Shown: positions 10,612 through 21,306 of the stretch, piece by piece
Layout of the letters: each line of letters starts with the position of its first letter
How positions within the stretch are numbered: position 1 is the first letter of the stretch
IMG/VR virus record: IMGVR_UViG_3300025168_000033
Span: 102,533-166,532 of that record
Reading direction: 5' to 3' (one strand)
DNA length: 64,000 nucleotides
From: a virus
Made by a program: the position numbers and the translations under genes
The notes under the pieces: model-generated
Database searches by the model: none
What the model saw: the letters and a program-made list of their open reading frames with translations, nothing else
What the model was told of the DNA's origin: nothing

Positions 10612-12633
10612 TTATTTTATTACATCAATATGAAATAAATATTTAATATCGTTTGCGCAAATTACATCAAAAACTGGTTTAGTTGAGATGATATTTATAT
10701 TATCTATCACACCAATTGTCTTGCCGTATTTACCTAGATTAAATTTATTTGCAGCATCCGTAAATAATACAATTCGCTTTCCATTTAAATTTATATCATT
10801 TTCAAAAGATATTCTTAAAGTTTGACCTTGAGACCAGCTAGTACTTAAGTCAGAAATATTAATTATTAGATCTGTAGTTAACGTTCCTGTAGCACTTGTA
10901 TTTTTAAAATAATTAGAAAACTTACCAAGTGTTATAATATTGTTTCTTTCAGCATAATTACTGTCGTTGATATCAAAAACACCATTATCAAGTCCGTAAC
11001 TTAAAAATCCTGTAGATGTTGAAATTTCAGGAAATGAAGAATACGTTTGATTTTTATTAATAATTTTTGCTTTATTTGGAACCGATCTATCGATTGAAAT
11101 ACCATCACCAAAATCAAGTACATTAGAATCAATTGTTAATGTTAAAGGAAGTTGACCGCCAATAATTTGATTTATTTTATCTGAATTATTTCCAATTAAA
11201 TCTAGTATTGAAGTATTATCTTCTAGCGCAATACTGGCATTATTAATTTTACTTTCTAATGCAGCAATTTCACTTGTTAAGGTTTTTATATTGTCTTGAG
11301 TATAAATTAATTTTTCTAGATTATCTAATCTAGACATTAAACTAATAGTATCTAGCTTTTGAGTTAGAAACATATCAGTTGTTTCCTGTAATCTTGTCGA
11401 TGCATCAACAAAAATATCCATTGAGAATGTATTGTAATCATTGATAACAGTAGTAATTCCTACATTATCCGTTGATGTATCAAATTTAACATTCAATTTT
11501 AATCCATATGAATTACCATTTAATTTAGTAACTGGATTAGGTTTAAATTTAGCAAAGCTTTTTAATGCACCAATACCTCCAGCAGAATTCTTATAATCGT
11601 CAAGAACCAATATCCCGTAAACATTGGTTGCACTTTTAGATGGATTTGATGCACTATATACATCATAATATAAAAGAACTGCATTGAATTCAAAATCACT
11701 TGCAGCATCGGAAGAATTTAATTCTGAAATAGAATTTAAATTTGGATTAGATGCAATGGGGGTATAATTCTGTGGATCAAAATCTAATACAACACCAGCC
11801 ATATCAGATTTAAGTACTGGTTTACTATTTGCTGTTACTCCTGTATTTGTAACTAATCCAAATGTTGTACCAGTAGAATAACTATTGTCTCCATCATCAT
11901 CATAATATGCGGTAAGTGATAATCCAGCAGGATGAGTTCCACTTCTATCGTTTATATCTTCCTGTGATGTATTAATAAATTTTATATTTGCCTTATAATT
12001 ATCGTCGGCAAATTCCTTGAATAGTACTAATGGTGTATTACCATGACCTGTTGGAATATTTATATATAGTTCTGTATATGTATGTCCTCCTCTAGAAACA
12101 GTATTTATAATATCTAAATCACCGATATATTTGACAACACTATCATAGCGTTGAGTTCCTATATTGGTTTGTGTTTCTTCTTTAAATCGATTATTAACTG
12201 TAGCTTCTGTAGGAAATGCAGAAGTTTGAAATCTCATAGCACCTAATTCAATAAGCCACTTCCAAAAAATTCTTTCAGATGCTGTGGCAAATTCACTATC
12301 ATCATATTCAATACCTGTACTGTTCTTGCTATTTAAAACAAGATCTTCAATATTAAGTGCATAGTTCTGTAAAGATTTAGCAAAATTTACATTATGATCT
12401 ATAGATAATTCAGAAATAGCACCTGAAGCTGCCATACCAGCGGCTTCCCAAACAACATTATTTTGTTTATTTGTAGGAGTTTCTACATCTGGAATATCCA
12501 GACATACAAATTTAGAAAACACAAATCTTGCATCATCATCAGTAAAAGTTTTAGAAATATCCGATGCCGCAGAGCTAAACGTATAGAACGTTCCACCTTG
12601 AACTTGCAACGGCTTTATGAGTGGAGTAGCCAT
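10612..12633 (-). CDS. Virion structural protein with coiled coil, 673 aa
   Basis: ORF track and operon context. Confidence 0.5.
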   Translation of the reverse strand: MATPLIKPLQVQGGTFYTFSSAASDISKTFTDDDARFVFSKFVCLDIPDVETPTNKQNNVVWEAAGMAASGAISELSIDHNVNFAKSLQNYALNIEDLVLNSKNSTGIEYDDSEFATASERIFWKWLIELGAMRFQTSAFPTEATVNNRFKEETQTNIGTQRYDSVVKYIGDLDIINTVSRGGHTYTELYINIPTGHGNTPLVLFKEFADDNYKANIKFINTSQEDINDRSGTHPAGLSLTAYYDDDGDNSYSTGTTFGLVTNTGVTANSKPVLKSDMAGVVLDFDPQNYTPIASNPNLNSISELNSSDAASDFEFNAVLLYYDVYSASNPSKSATNVYGILVLDDYKNSAGGIGALKSFAKFKPNPVTKLNGNSYGLKLNVKFDTSTDNVGITTVINDYNTFSMDIFVDASTRLQETTDMFLTQKLDTISLMSRLDNLEKLIYTQDNIKTLTSEIAALESKINNASIALEDNTSILDLIGNNSDKINQIIGGQLPLTLTIDSNVLDFGDGISIDRSVPNKAKIINKNQTYSSFPEISTSTGFLSYGLDNGVFDINDSNYAERNNIITLGKFSNYFKNTSATGTLTTDLIINISDLSTSWSQGQTLRISFENDINLNGKRIVLFTDAANKFNLGKYGKTIGVIDNINIISTKPVFDVICANDIKYLFHIDVIK

Positions 12634-12651
12634 TTAGTAAGTTTTTAATTT

Positions 12652-13167
12652 TTATGCACTTGTAACTTGTTCCCAAGCTGAACCATTCCAAAATTGTAGT
12701 TTTCCGCCAGTAATCATAAGTGGATTAGATCCTGCTACCGGAGCAGTAAGCGTAGCAGTTGCCCCAATTGGAATTCCAATTGCTGATGCACCAACAGTTA
12801 AAATCGGTGTAGTTTGAACTAAAGAATATATTAAATCTGCATCCTGAATACTTATTTTACCAGCACTTATATCTACATCACCTGAAGTTACAGTTAAATT
12901 ACCTGAGTCTAATTCAAAATTGCCAGAATTAATTTTTATAGTACCATTTTGAACTGTAATTCCTGAAGTAGTAACAATAATACCGTTAGTCTTAACAATA
13001 TTACCAGATGTTCCATAAATTGAATTATCAAATTCTCCGGTACTTGTATCAAATGCATCCAACACATCATTGACAGATTCTTTAATAGTATTAATATTGT
13101 CATTGATAGTTATTCTTGATGCTGAAACTGAATCAGTTCCCAAGATGTCTTTTGTTGTAATAGCCAT
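12652..13167 (-). CDS. Short beta-helical fibre/spike protein
   Basis: Seven-residue beta repeats (SGNFELD SGNLTVT SGDVDIS), C-terminal LQFWNGSAW; N-terminus resembles that of the 1..2169 ORF. Confidence 0.5.
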   Translation of the reverse strand: MAITTKDILGTDSVSASRITINDNINTIKESVNDVLDAFDTSTGEFDNSIYGTSGNIVKTNGIIVTTSGITVQNGTIKINSGNFELDSGNLTVTSGDVDISAGKISIQDADLIYSLVQTTPILTVGASAIGIPIGATATLTAPVAGSNPLMITGGKLQFWNGSAWEQVTSA

Positions 13168-13170
13168 TTT

Positions 13171-16100
13171 TTAAATTATTTTTATGAATTCATTCTTAAT
13201 TATGTTACTTTTGTTACCATTAGTATCTTCTAGTTCCAATGAAAAGGTATAACTTCCTTTTTGATTGAATAAATAAGATAGGTATTCATTTCTGTAATAT
13301 ATATCTACCCATTGATTATCGTTTTCCTTTGTGATTTTCCATACTGGTTTGACTCCTCCTGGCACAGAAGAATTATCATAAGTAAAATTACCTCGTACAA
13401 GATTCTTTAATGTATCAGAATATTTTATACTTCTTAATGTGTCGTAAGTAGGATTTGTGGTAATATTTCTACCATAAGACGTTCCTATCATTGTCGATCC
13501 ATATTGAATATTGACAGTATCATATGAATTAAATCCTTTATCTGTAGCTATTATTTTATTAAACGCATTACCAGCTAATGTCATACCAGTAGCACCAGTA
13601 CCTAAATGTGTACCACCAGTATATCCAGTAATAACAGTATAATCAAACTTAGATATTTCAGGACCAGTAGATAAATTTAGTTCATCGGCTAATATTGAAA
13701 GATCAGTTACCGTAGAACCTACAGTAAAAACCGTACCGTTATTAATACTAAATGTGGATCCGACTGGAGCTGTATAAATTTCAAATCCTGTCGGAATGTC
13801 TCCGAGTGTTTGTACATTTGCGTGATACGGACTTGAATCACCTGTTATATCAGTATATGTTATTTCTATTCTATTTGGAACTTCAATATTTTTTGAAATG
13901 GCCTTTATAGACGGAACAAAATTATGTGAATGTACTCCAGTTCCAAATGCATTATCATATTTAAAATCATAATGAAATATAAATATATCAAATAAATTTA
14001 CGGTATCATCTCCAACAGGACCAATTAAATTTGTATTGATTGCAGATGCACCTACATTTTCATTTAATTGTTTTACTGCATTTTTAAATTTATCGTATGG
14101 ATCTGTTCCAAGATTATCAAATGTGAATGCGCTTTTCTTTCCAAGAACTGGATGAGTTAATGTAATAGTAGGCGTTGTCGAAGTTATAGTATCAATTGAA
14201 AATTGAACTAAAGTTGGATCGCAATAATCCCAGTATAATGCTGATGTATCATCCCAAGTTGATTGTTCTCCTAGATTATTCCAGAAATAAGGTGTAATAT
14301 CAATTCTAGGATCTGTAGGAATCTCATTAAATTGTCTTTGAGCAAATTCTATTTTATCAAGAAATTCATAAGTCATTTCCGCCATATCAAGCTCCTCATT
14401 AGGATGAACAGGAATATTCCAGCTAGAATTGTAATCGTTCCAACTAAGCATATTAGATAGCTTGTTATCGTTAATGGCTTTTGTTTTTCTTGGTTCTCTC
14501 GTATCATCCCATGTATATTTAGGTTTTATAGATTCATGCCAAGCAATAAAGTTTGGCTTTTTAGCTTCAACTTCAACAAAATTATCTGTTTTAAGATATG
14601 TTATTCCATTAAATAAATCTCTCATTCGCATTTCTAATCTATACTTTCCAGTATATGGAAGTACAAGTGGATATTTATCTAGCAGATCTATTGATTGATA
14701 TCCAGTATCATGAACCCATCCGCTTGCACCAACTGTATTGGATTCTGTACAGGTAACAACCCATTGCATTTCATAGAAATTCATTCTTTCTACATTATAC
14801 CATTGATATTGAGCAGATGAAGGGGTGGTAGCATAAATACCGGTTGGAAATCCTGCTGCGGGTACCGGTGTATAAGTTGATCCAGCACTCACAGTAAGAC
14901 TTGAAAACGAAGTTGTAAAAGGTCCATATAAAGGCAATCCAAAATTATCGGAGCCTGATGTTATTTCAGTTTCATCTAAAGAATTCCAAGTAAGAGTCAT
15001 TTCATCCCAAGGGATAGTTAATGAATTATTGTCTAGTACTATTGGATATCCTACAGGAATTCCTTCAGCATCACTTAATTCATTTACTGGAATTTGAGCT
15101 CCAGTAAAATATCCAATAAAGCAATCAGCATAATCACTTATTGCCGATGCACCCATAAATAATTCAGTTTCAACTATAGTAGATGGCGTTCCTGAACTAG
15201 TGCCCTGAGTAATATCAAAAACATAATTAAATGTAGTCGGATATTGTTCAACTACTCGCATTACACCATTAGCAGTAGCACCAAAAGGATAAACTTTAAA
15301 ATTAATAAATGGATAATTTGGTGATGCATTCCAAGCATCAACTAATCCTAATAATGTTTCTGCATCATTTTCAGAAAACTGAGTAGTATATTCTATTGAG
15401 TTATTTGTTGTTGTATCTCTAATTACAAATTTGTCACCTTCATCCGCATTAGCAATAGTAAAATTATAAATATGTAAAGAATGAGTTCCACCAATACTAA
15501 GATCTGGTGCTATAGGGCAACCTAAATGATTAAGCGGTCTTAAATCTTCAATATATCCAAAATCTGAAGGAAGTACCTTAACATCAGGCCTAATATTTAA
15601 ATCGATTTTATCTATTCTTGTTTGATCGACCCAGCTATTAATATCATATTTAGTAAAGTAAATTGCTTCACCAATAATATCAACAATACGGGCATTCATT
15701 GGAAGAAAATGAGTCTTCAATTTTTGCTTTAATGCAAATAACTTGATTAATACTTCTTCTAGGCTAAATTCATTTGATTCTATTACTGTTGGTAATCCAT
15801 CGTCATCATATTTACCATCCCATTCTGTAATATTATAGAACAATCCAAATTTAGAAGTCTTCTTATAAAATTTATTTGGTATGAATTTTTCACTGACATT
15901 TGGATCGCCATCATTAGAAAAAATATCTACAATATCTGTATGTCTATATTTTCCAAAATTTACAGATTCAATTTCAATATTCTTCCAGTATTCTTTTAGC
16001 TTAACATTGTCATATCCAAAATATTTTACAATATTAATTAATGCCTTGTAGCTACCTAAATACGGAAATATATTTTCAAATTCTAATAAAAGTTCTTTTC

Positions 16101-16776
16101 TTTTTGTATTTAATTTTTGATTGTCTGGAATATCTTCATTAATGTCAGTAGATTGAAATATTTTGAAATCTCTAGCATTAATGTTCCAGCCAAAATTATC
16201 AAGCATTACTGCTAATCTTTTATCTTCTTCAATACCTTCACCATAGAATGTTATTTTTGCAAATACTTCATTAGTATGTGAATCCTTAAGCTGAAGTACA
16301 TTTTCATATGCAATATCCTGTTTAGGACAAAATCCAATATTTAATGCTATCACATTATCTGTAATATTAGATGTAATTTTCATTCCAGTTGCACCAGTAG
16401 TTTCTATAGTTTCGGTAGAATCTATATCAAATGTAACTTCCTGTGAAGTTGATTTTGTTAGTAAAATATTTTCGGCAGTTGCATCAAAAGAATATAAAAA
16501 TAATTCTGGAGTTTTATCATCGACCCAAGATACATTTACTGCAGATGTAGCACCAGCACCATTAAAAATATGTGGTAATCCAAATGTCGTAGTTGCTGCT
16601 CCAGCAGAAGCTTTAAATTCTTCAGAAATAAATATTTGATAACTTTCAATTAAGTCTGTAGATACTTTTGGAATATGAACTCTACCTGTTAGTAGCCCTA
16701 AATCTGAATCATAATCTAGATTCAGATTGTCTCCACTTTTATTGTAGAAATTAAGAAATTTATATTTAGTAGCCAT
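13171..16776 (-). CDS. Baseplate wedge-like protein with PKD-type domains
   Basis: GSYKALINIVKYFGY resembles the wedge (gp7/GpI-like) motif; GKYRLEMRM and GSYTFSLELEDTNG are PKD-like; adjacent to gp6-like gene. Confidence 0.55.
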   Translation of the reverse strand: MATKYKFLNFYNKSGDNLNLDYDSDLGLLTGRVHIPKVSTDLIESYQIFISEEFKASAGAATTTFGLPHIFNGAGATSAVNVSWVDDKTPELFLYSFDATAENILLTKSTSQEVTFDIDSTETIETTGATGMKITSNITDNVIALNIGFCPKQDIAYENVLQLKDSHTNEVFAKITFYGEGIEEDKRLAVMLDNFGWNINARDFKIFQSTDINEDIPDNQKLNTKRKELLLEFENIFPYLGSYKALINIVKYFGYDNVKLKEYWKNIEIESVNFGKYRHTDIVDIFSNDGDPNVSEKFIPNKFYKKTSKFGLFYNITEWDGKYDDDGLPTVIESNEFSLEEVLIKLFALKQKLKTHFLPMNARIVDIIGEAIYFTKYDINSWVDQTRIDKIDLNIRPDVKVLPSDFGYIEDLRPLNHLGCPIAPDLSIGGTHSLHIYNFTIANADEGDKFVIRDTTTNNSIEYTTQFSENDAETLLGLVDAWNASPNYPFINFKVYPFGATANGVMRVVEQYPTTFNYVFDITQGTSSGTPSTIVETELFMGASAISDYADCFIGYFTGAQIPVNELSDAEGIPVGYPIVLDNNSLTIPWDEMTLTWNSLDETEITSGSDNFGLPLYGPFTTSFSSLTVSAGSTYTPVPAAGFPTGIYATTPSSAQYQWYNVERMNFYEMQWVVTCTESNTVGASGWVHDTGYQSIDLLDKYPLVLPYTGKYRLEMRMRDLFNGITYLKTDNFVEVEAKKPNFIAWHESIKPKYTWDDTREPRKTKAINDNKLSNMLSWNDYNSSWNIPVHPNEELDMAEMTYEFLDKIEFAQRQFNEIPTDPRIDITPYFWNNLGEQSTWDDTSALYWDYCDPTLVQFSIDTITSTTPTITLTHPVLGKKSAFTFDNLGTDPYDKFKNAVKQLNENVGASAINTNLIGPVGDDTVNLFDIFIFHYDFKYDNAFGTGVHSHNFVPSIKAISKNIEVPNRIEITYTDITGDSSPYHANVQTLGDIPTGFEIYTAPVGSTFSINNGTVFTVGSTVTDLSILADELNLSTGPEISKFDYTVITGYTGGTHLGTGATGMTLAGNAFNKIIATDKGFNSYDTVNIQYGSTMIGTSYGRNITTNPTYDTLRSIKYSDTLKNLVRGNFTYDNSSVPGGVKPVWKITKENDNQWVDIYYRNEYLSYLFNQKGSYTFSLELEDTNGNKSNIIKNEFIKII

Positions 16777-16785
16777 CTAATGTAT

Positions 16786-17028
16786 TTATTTAACGTCTTT
16801 TTGATCCTGTTTTATAGTATAATTTACGAATGTTTTTATTCTTTTAACTGATTCAATAGCTTCAAATAGAATATCATTAATATATCCTAAAAATCCTTCC
16901 GCAATTGGATTTCCTGCAAAAAATCTAGGAGATAAAGAATTCTTCATTAAAGATTTACTATAATCATATCCAGTTTTATTCTTATCAGATCCAAATGACC
17001 AGGTCTCATCGTATAATTTCTTTGCCAT
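16786..17028 (-). CDS. Small baseplate-region protein
   Basis: 80 aa ORF packed between wedge genes. Confidence 0.5.
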   Translation of the reverse strand: MAKKLYDETWSFGSDKNKTGYDYSKSLMKNSLSPRFFAGNPIAEGFLGYINDILFEAIESVKRIKTFVNYTIKQDQKDVK

Positions 17029-17030
17029 AA

Positions 17031-18809
17031 TTAAAATGATTTTTTTACATCAGCTTTACGCTGTCTTGTAATTTGTGAATTGATATCTTCAATAATCACA
17101 TCCTTGATTATTACATTCAATGAGCTAAATTCTGCATCACTAGCAGTATCTTCAAAATAAACACTATTTCTATCTGACCAACCACCACGTATAATTGGAA
17201 ATTCATTTTCACCAATGATTATATCATTAAATTCATCAAGTCCTAAAGACGGATCTTCACCTTTAGCTACCGGTATTTTTTCAACTATTTCCTCTTTAAT
17301 TGAAGTCAATCTATTTACTTTAAATGATTTCTTCCAGTAGTATCCATTTGCAATTGCCTCTTCATTTTCTTGGGATACAAATTTAACATTAACAGAATCA
17401 ACACCAGAAACTCCTTCAAGTATTTCAATAATATCTGACTTTGGAATTTTATCTCGCCTTTTAACATTAACAAAATATTCACCGAGCCTTGCAACAATAT
17501 CCGCCTTTAATACCGATTCATCCGCAGTATCAAATATTCTTAAATAAATATTAAGCAAATATCTTTTAACTATTGGATCCTGTATTTTAACTTCTGTAGT
17601 TACAATTTGTCTTCCACTTTTTTGAAGAACTTTTTTAAGCGCAGATTTTTCATCAGCATCAATATAAAAGTTATCTACGTTTGTAGAAAAATATTCTGAA
17701 CTTGCATCAAGTTTCTTTTTAATATTAGGAATCAAGAACAAATAAATAATATTGTCATCATCAAGATATTCATCATCAAATGTAGTATAAGCATCTATAA
17801 ATGAAAAGGAATCATACCGTGATAAAAAGTGAATATAATTACGCGGGTGTGCGAGAACTAATGACCTAGAATTTGATCCAGCTATAAGCCTTGTTAAATC
17901 TAAATCTTCACCGTCAGATCCGAGCAAGAATTTTTCTTCAACCGACACAAACATTACTTCATTTAAATCGATTTCTTCACCTAAAATTCCAGTTGCATCA
18001 TCCAAAAATTCCCATTCAATTGTAGTTGCCTTTGAACTTATAATTCCAATAGCACCAGCTGAAATAATATATTCAATTTTTATAGTAGCACCAGAAGGAG
18101 GAATAGTCCCGTAATCTTCATTGCCAAAATAAACATCAATTCCAGCAGTAATAGAAGTTTTTACAATTACCGCTTTATCACCTTTATTCATATCATATAA
18201 TGATTCTACAATATCATATTTTTCACCATTAACATAAACAAAAACATGTTCATTTTCAATTTCACCATTCCCACGAATAAAAACATTAAATGATTGTAAT
18301 TCATCACCAGTACTAATTCTATTTTGACTTTCTAATTTTCCTTGAATAGCCTTTAAAGATAATTTTTGTGATGAATTTTTATCCCATCTAATTCTCTCAG
18401 AATCTAACATAATCAAATATTCCTGACCATTTGTTTTGTTATTTATTGATGTGAAATTATTAATAAAGAAAAAGTTTGATTCTATATCCGAACTTGCCCC
18501 TGGTTTTAATTTAAGTCCTAGCATTCCTTGAGCAGAAATAGCTCTTGTCGGATTATGACCACTTAATCTAGCCATCCCATAAATAGAATCAGCTTTACTA
18601 GCTTTAAAAATATTTAATTCTGTTATAGAATCTTCAATATATAAAAGAATTAAATCTACATATTCACTTAATACTTGAAGTATTTGTCCATATGCAGACG
18701 AAGGCGAAAATACTTCACCTGTTTGTCTATATTTATTTACTAAATATTGTAAAGATTGATTTTTTAATTCACTAACCTTTACTTTTGCTTTATCTAAAAA
18801 TCCAGCCAT
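17031..18809 (-). CDS. Baseplate wedge subunit (T4 gp6 / Baseplate-J-like)
   Basis: SIYGMARLSGHNP, VYFGNEDYGTIPPSGATIKIEYIISAGAIG and LEGVSGVDSV are typical gp6/GpJ motifs; next to gp25-like gene. Confidence 0.8.
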   Translation of the reverse strand: MAGFLDKAKVKVSELKNQSLQYLVNKYRQTGEVFSPSSAYGQILQVLSEYVDLILLYIEDSITELNIFKASKADSIYGMARLSGHNPTRAISAQGMLGLKLKPGASSDIESNFFFINNFTSINNKTNGQEYLIMLDSERIRWDKNSSQKLSLKAIQGKLESQNRISTGDELQSFNVFIRGNGEIENEHVFVYVNGEKYDIVESLYDMNKGDKAVIVKTSITAGIDVYFGNEDYGTIPPSGATIKIEYIISAGAIGIISSKATTIEWEFLDDATGILGEEIDLNEVMFVSVEEKFLLGSDGEDLDLTRLIAGSNSRSLVLAHPRNYIHFLSRYDSFSFIDAYTTFDDEYLDDDNIIYLFLIPNIKKKLDASSEYFSTNVDNFYIDADEKSALKKVLQKSGRQIVTTEVKIQDPIVKRYLLNIYLRIFDTADESVLKADIVARLGEYFVNVKRRDKIPKSDIIEILEGVSGVDSVNVKFVSQENEEAIANGYYWKKSFKVNRLTSIKEEIVEKIPVAKGEDPSLGLDEFNDIIIGENEFPIIRGGWSDRNSVYFEDTASDAEFSSLNVIIKDVIIEDINSQITRQRKADVKKSF

Positions 18810-18817
18810 CTCTTTAA

Positions 18818-19180
18818 TTATTTTATTGCTAGTCCAAGTAGTTTAGCACCGTTTATTGCTATATCTATTACAGCAATATCTTGAAAATTTATTTCTTCTA
18901 CTGTTGCATATATTTCAACATCATAGTTAACTCTATATGAACAATATTTATTTATTTGTCGCATTGCCTCGGCTTCTAATTCAGGGCCAGTCTTACCAAA
19001 ACTCCATAAATAAGTATCTAAAGAAGCTCCATAATCCGGATCACCCATAACCGATCCTTTTGGTGTAAGAAGAACCATTTCAATTTGTTGTAGAAATAAA
19101 TCTAGCTCTTCTGAAATTTCTGCTCGACCTTCTTCATAAGTAGGATCCGTTGAATTACGTAAGTAAATATCTACAGCCAT
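18818..19180 (-). CDS. Baseplate gp25/GpW-like protein
   Basis: IEMVLLTPKGSVMGDPDYGASLDTYLW matches the gp25 motif. Confidence 0.85.
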   Translation of the reverse strand: MAVDIYLRNSTDPTYEEGRAEISEELDLFLQQIEMVLLTPKGSVMGDPDYGASLDTYLWSFGKTGPELEAEAMRQINKYCSYRVNYDVEIYATVEEINFQDIAVIDIAINGAKLLGLAIK

Positions 19181-19193
19181 TTTTATTTATATT

Positions 19194-19943
19194 TTATTTA
19201 CCGCCAGTCATTACAAACCAGTCCATTCCTTCATCATTTTTCAATTCTTCTTCAAGCTTTTCCAGTTCTTCAGAACCTTCTTCTTTATATGAATCAAAAT
19301 TAATTGTAATTCCACCAGGCAATTTGAAATCAAATGCACCTAACATTCTAGCTAATTGAGTTTTACTCTTAGCTACACAATATCTATAGAATATTTCATC
19401 ATCCATCAAAAATTCTAAAGGAACTTTATTATAAACCTGAAGTACCATGTCTGTCTGTGGTGTTTCACCTAAAATTACAAGGTCTCTAGTAAGTCTGCTA
19501 AAATTATAAGAAATTGGATGATACAAAATATGTCTGCTCAAATCTATAAATGATTCTTGCATTACATATTCCATTAATGCTTCAGTTGAATTTGAAATAT
19601 CACTTACATCTTTAAATAATGCCTTTTCTAATGAAAAATCTGCCATATTACTAAATGGTGATGCAGATCCTCCGCCTTGGCCATTAGTTTGTGAAATTGA
19701 ATTTACTGAATAAATACAACTCGGTAATGTAATAGTCCTGTATTTTGTAAAATTGGAATCGCTAAGCTGTGATTTTTTTATAATATAATATCGTTCTTCA
19801 ACGGCTTCTTCATATTTCTTGTAGATCCATTTTTCCGCATATTTTAATATTCTTTCAATCTCGGTTTTTGGCACATTAAATGGAAGAGAACATCCAACTG
19901 TAATCTCATCCTGTATTTCTTTTATAAATTCATCTTTAAGCAT
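19194..19943 (-). CDS. Neck protein (T4 gp13-like)
   Basis: C-terminal KTQLARMLGAFDFKLPGGITINFD...EEG..EL..LEEEL resembles gp13. Confidence 0.7.
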   Translation of the reverse strand: MLKDEFIKEIQDEITVGCSLPFNVPKTEIERILKYAEKWIYKKYEEAVEERYYIIKKSQLSDSNFTKYRTITLPSCIYSVNSISQTNGQGGGSASPFSNMADFSLEKALFKDVSDISNSTEALMEYVMQESFIDLSRHILYHPISYNFSRLTRDLVILGETPQTDMVLQVYNKVPLEFLMDDEIFYRYCVAKSKTQLARMLGAFDFKLPGGITINFDSYKEEGSEELEKLEEELKNDEGMDWFVMTGGK

Positions 19944-19944
19944 A

Positions 19945-21258
19945 TTAGTATACTTTTAATTTTGTTGGTTTTATCTTTGTATATTCAACAACTTTTACAT
20001 TGCTTTTAAGTGAAGCACTATCGCTAATATTTCCTTCTCTAAAAATACCGCCATTCATAGTTCCATTGAATATTGTTTCCTTACCGTTAACATAACAATC
20101 AAAAATATCTACAGTGGAATTGCAATATGAATTTTTAAGTTTTGAATTTTTAATTTCTGTATTTGCATAAATATTGTTTACTTCTATATTAGAATTAATT
20201 ACAGTACATTTATATAAATTACATTTATTTAATACTGAATCATAAATTTCTGAATCAACAACTTCAATATCTCTTAGATTTAATGATTTAAATTTTGCAT
20301 CCTTGATTTGCATCCTAGATAAAAATGTATCATAATTAATAGAGCCTGTTTTTAAATTGCTATTAACTAATATACAAAAAATTTTATCTTTAATTTTTGG
20401 CCAATGAGTTTTTAATACCTGCTCATTATCATTAAGATCGACTGTTAATTTTAATTCTGGAAATTCCTTTTTGAATTTCATCGGTGATTCATAACCTATT
20501 AAAACATCACGTAAATCATCAAGAATTAATTCTAATTTAATTCTATTTTTTTCAGTATATTCATTAGAATTTAAAGTTGATGCTAAACTTATCATATAAT
20601 AGTCTACACAATCTAATGCCTCATTTATTTTCTTTTCATATTTTTCACCACCAATATAGTTAAATCCTATTTGATTAGTCAATATGCCAGTATAATCAAT
20701 TCCGTACAAATTACTATTAGGAAGTTTATATCTAGTAGAATCTATAGTTTTTATATTATCAACAATTTTATTTACAGGTACAATATGATACATCGAACGC
20801 ACAAATGGAGAGTCCTTCTGTAGTTCAAATTTTGACCATATAAGACTCTCATCAAAATTCAATATGTACCTTAATCTATCTATATTTGATACATCAGGGA
20901 TCAACTGTGAACCTTCTGCAACACTTAATTTGACTCTAAGAAATGTTTTAGGATCTGTATAACCAAATTCACGTATTTTTTCAAATACTTTAATAATTGT
21001 TAATCTAGCAGTTTGATAATCTAGATTGCCTGTTATTAATTGTACGTATGGATTTAAAAATGCATTATTGAATTTCAATTTATATGTGTAATCATCACAT
21101 ATTATATTGTCTTCGTTATCTTTAATTATTTCTTTGTTAAGATGATCCTTTAGAATTTGTACTGTTTTATCAACGCCATAATAAGAAAAGAATTCAAATT
21201 TTAATTGAATTTCAAACTGATTATAAACTTTGCTATATTTTACAGGATCAAATGACAT
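19945..21258 (-). CDS. Putative amidoligase-fold protein with degenerate catalytic motifs and C-terminal beta-helix
   Basis: QLKFEFF / VQLITG / GYTDPKTFLRVKLS / YGIDY...IGFNYIGGEKYEKK follow the order of phage amidoligase motifs, but the E/H/R residues are substituted; pentapeptide-like C-terminus. Confidence 0.5.
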   Translation of the reverse strand: MSFDPVKYSKVYNQFEIQLKFEFFSYYGVDKTVQILKDHLNKEIIKDNEDNIICDDYTYKLKFNNAFLNPYVQLITGNLDYQTARLTIIKVFEKIREFGYTDPKTFLRVKLSVAEGSQLIPDVSNIDRLRYILNFDESLIWSKFELQKDSPFVRSMYHIVPVNKIVDNIKTIDSTRYKLPNSNLYGIDYTGILTNQIGFNYIGGEKYEKKINEALDCVDYYMISLASTLNSNEYTEKNRIKLELILDDLRDVLIGYESPMKFKKEFPELKLTVDLNDNEQVLKTHWPKIKDKIFCILVNSNLKTGSINYDTFLSRMQIKDAKFKSLNLRDIEVVDSEIYDSVLNKCNLYKCTVINSNIEVNNIYANTEIKNSKLKNSYCNSTVDIFDCYVNGKETIFNGTMNGGIFREGNISDSASLKSNVKVVEYTKIKPTKLKVY

Positions 21259-21276
21259 GGATATATTACGTTTAAG

Positions 21277-21286
21277 TTATATATCT
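21277..21286 (-). promoter_or_regulatory. Class III (putative late) promoter GATA(T/A)ATAA, representative copy
   Basis: Also at 22803, 24026, 25077, 31108, 42790 and 57308, each shortly upstream of a start codon; a variant lies at 41828. Confidence 0.65.
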
Positions 21287-21306
21287 ACTTTGCTAATTGA
21301 TGAATT

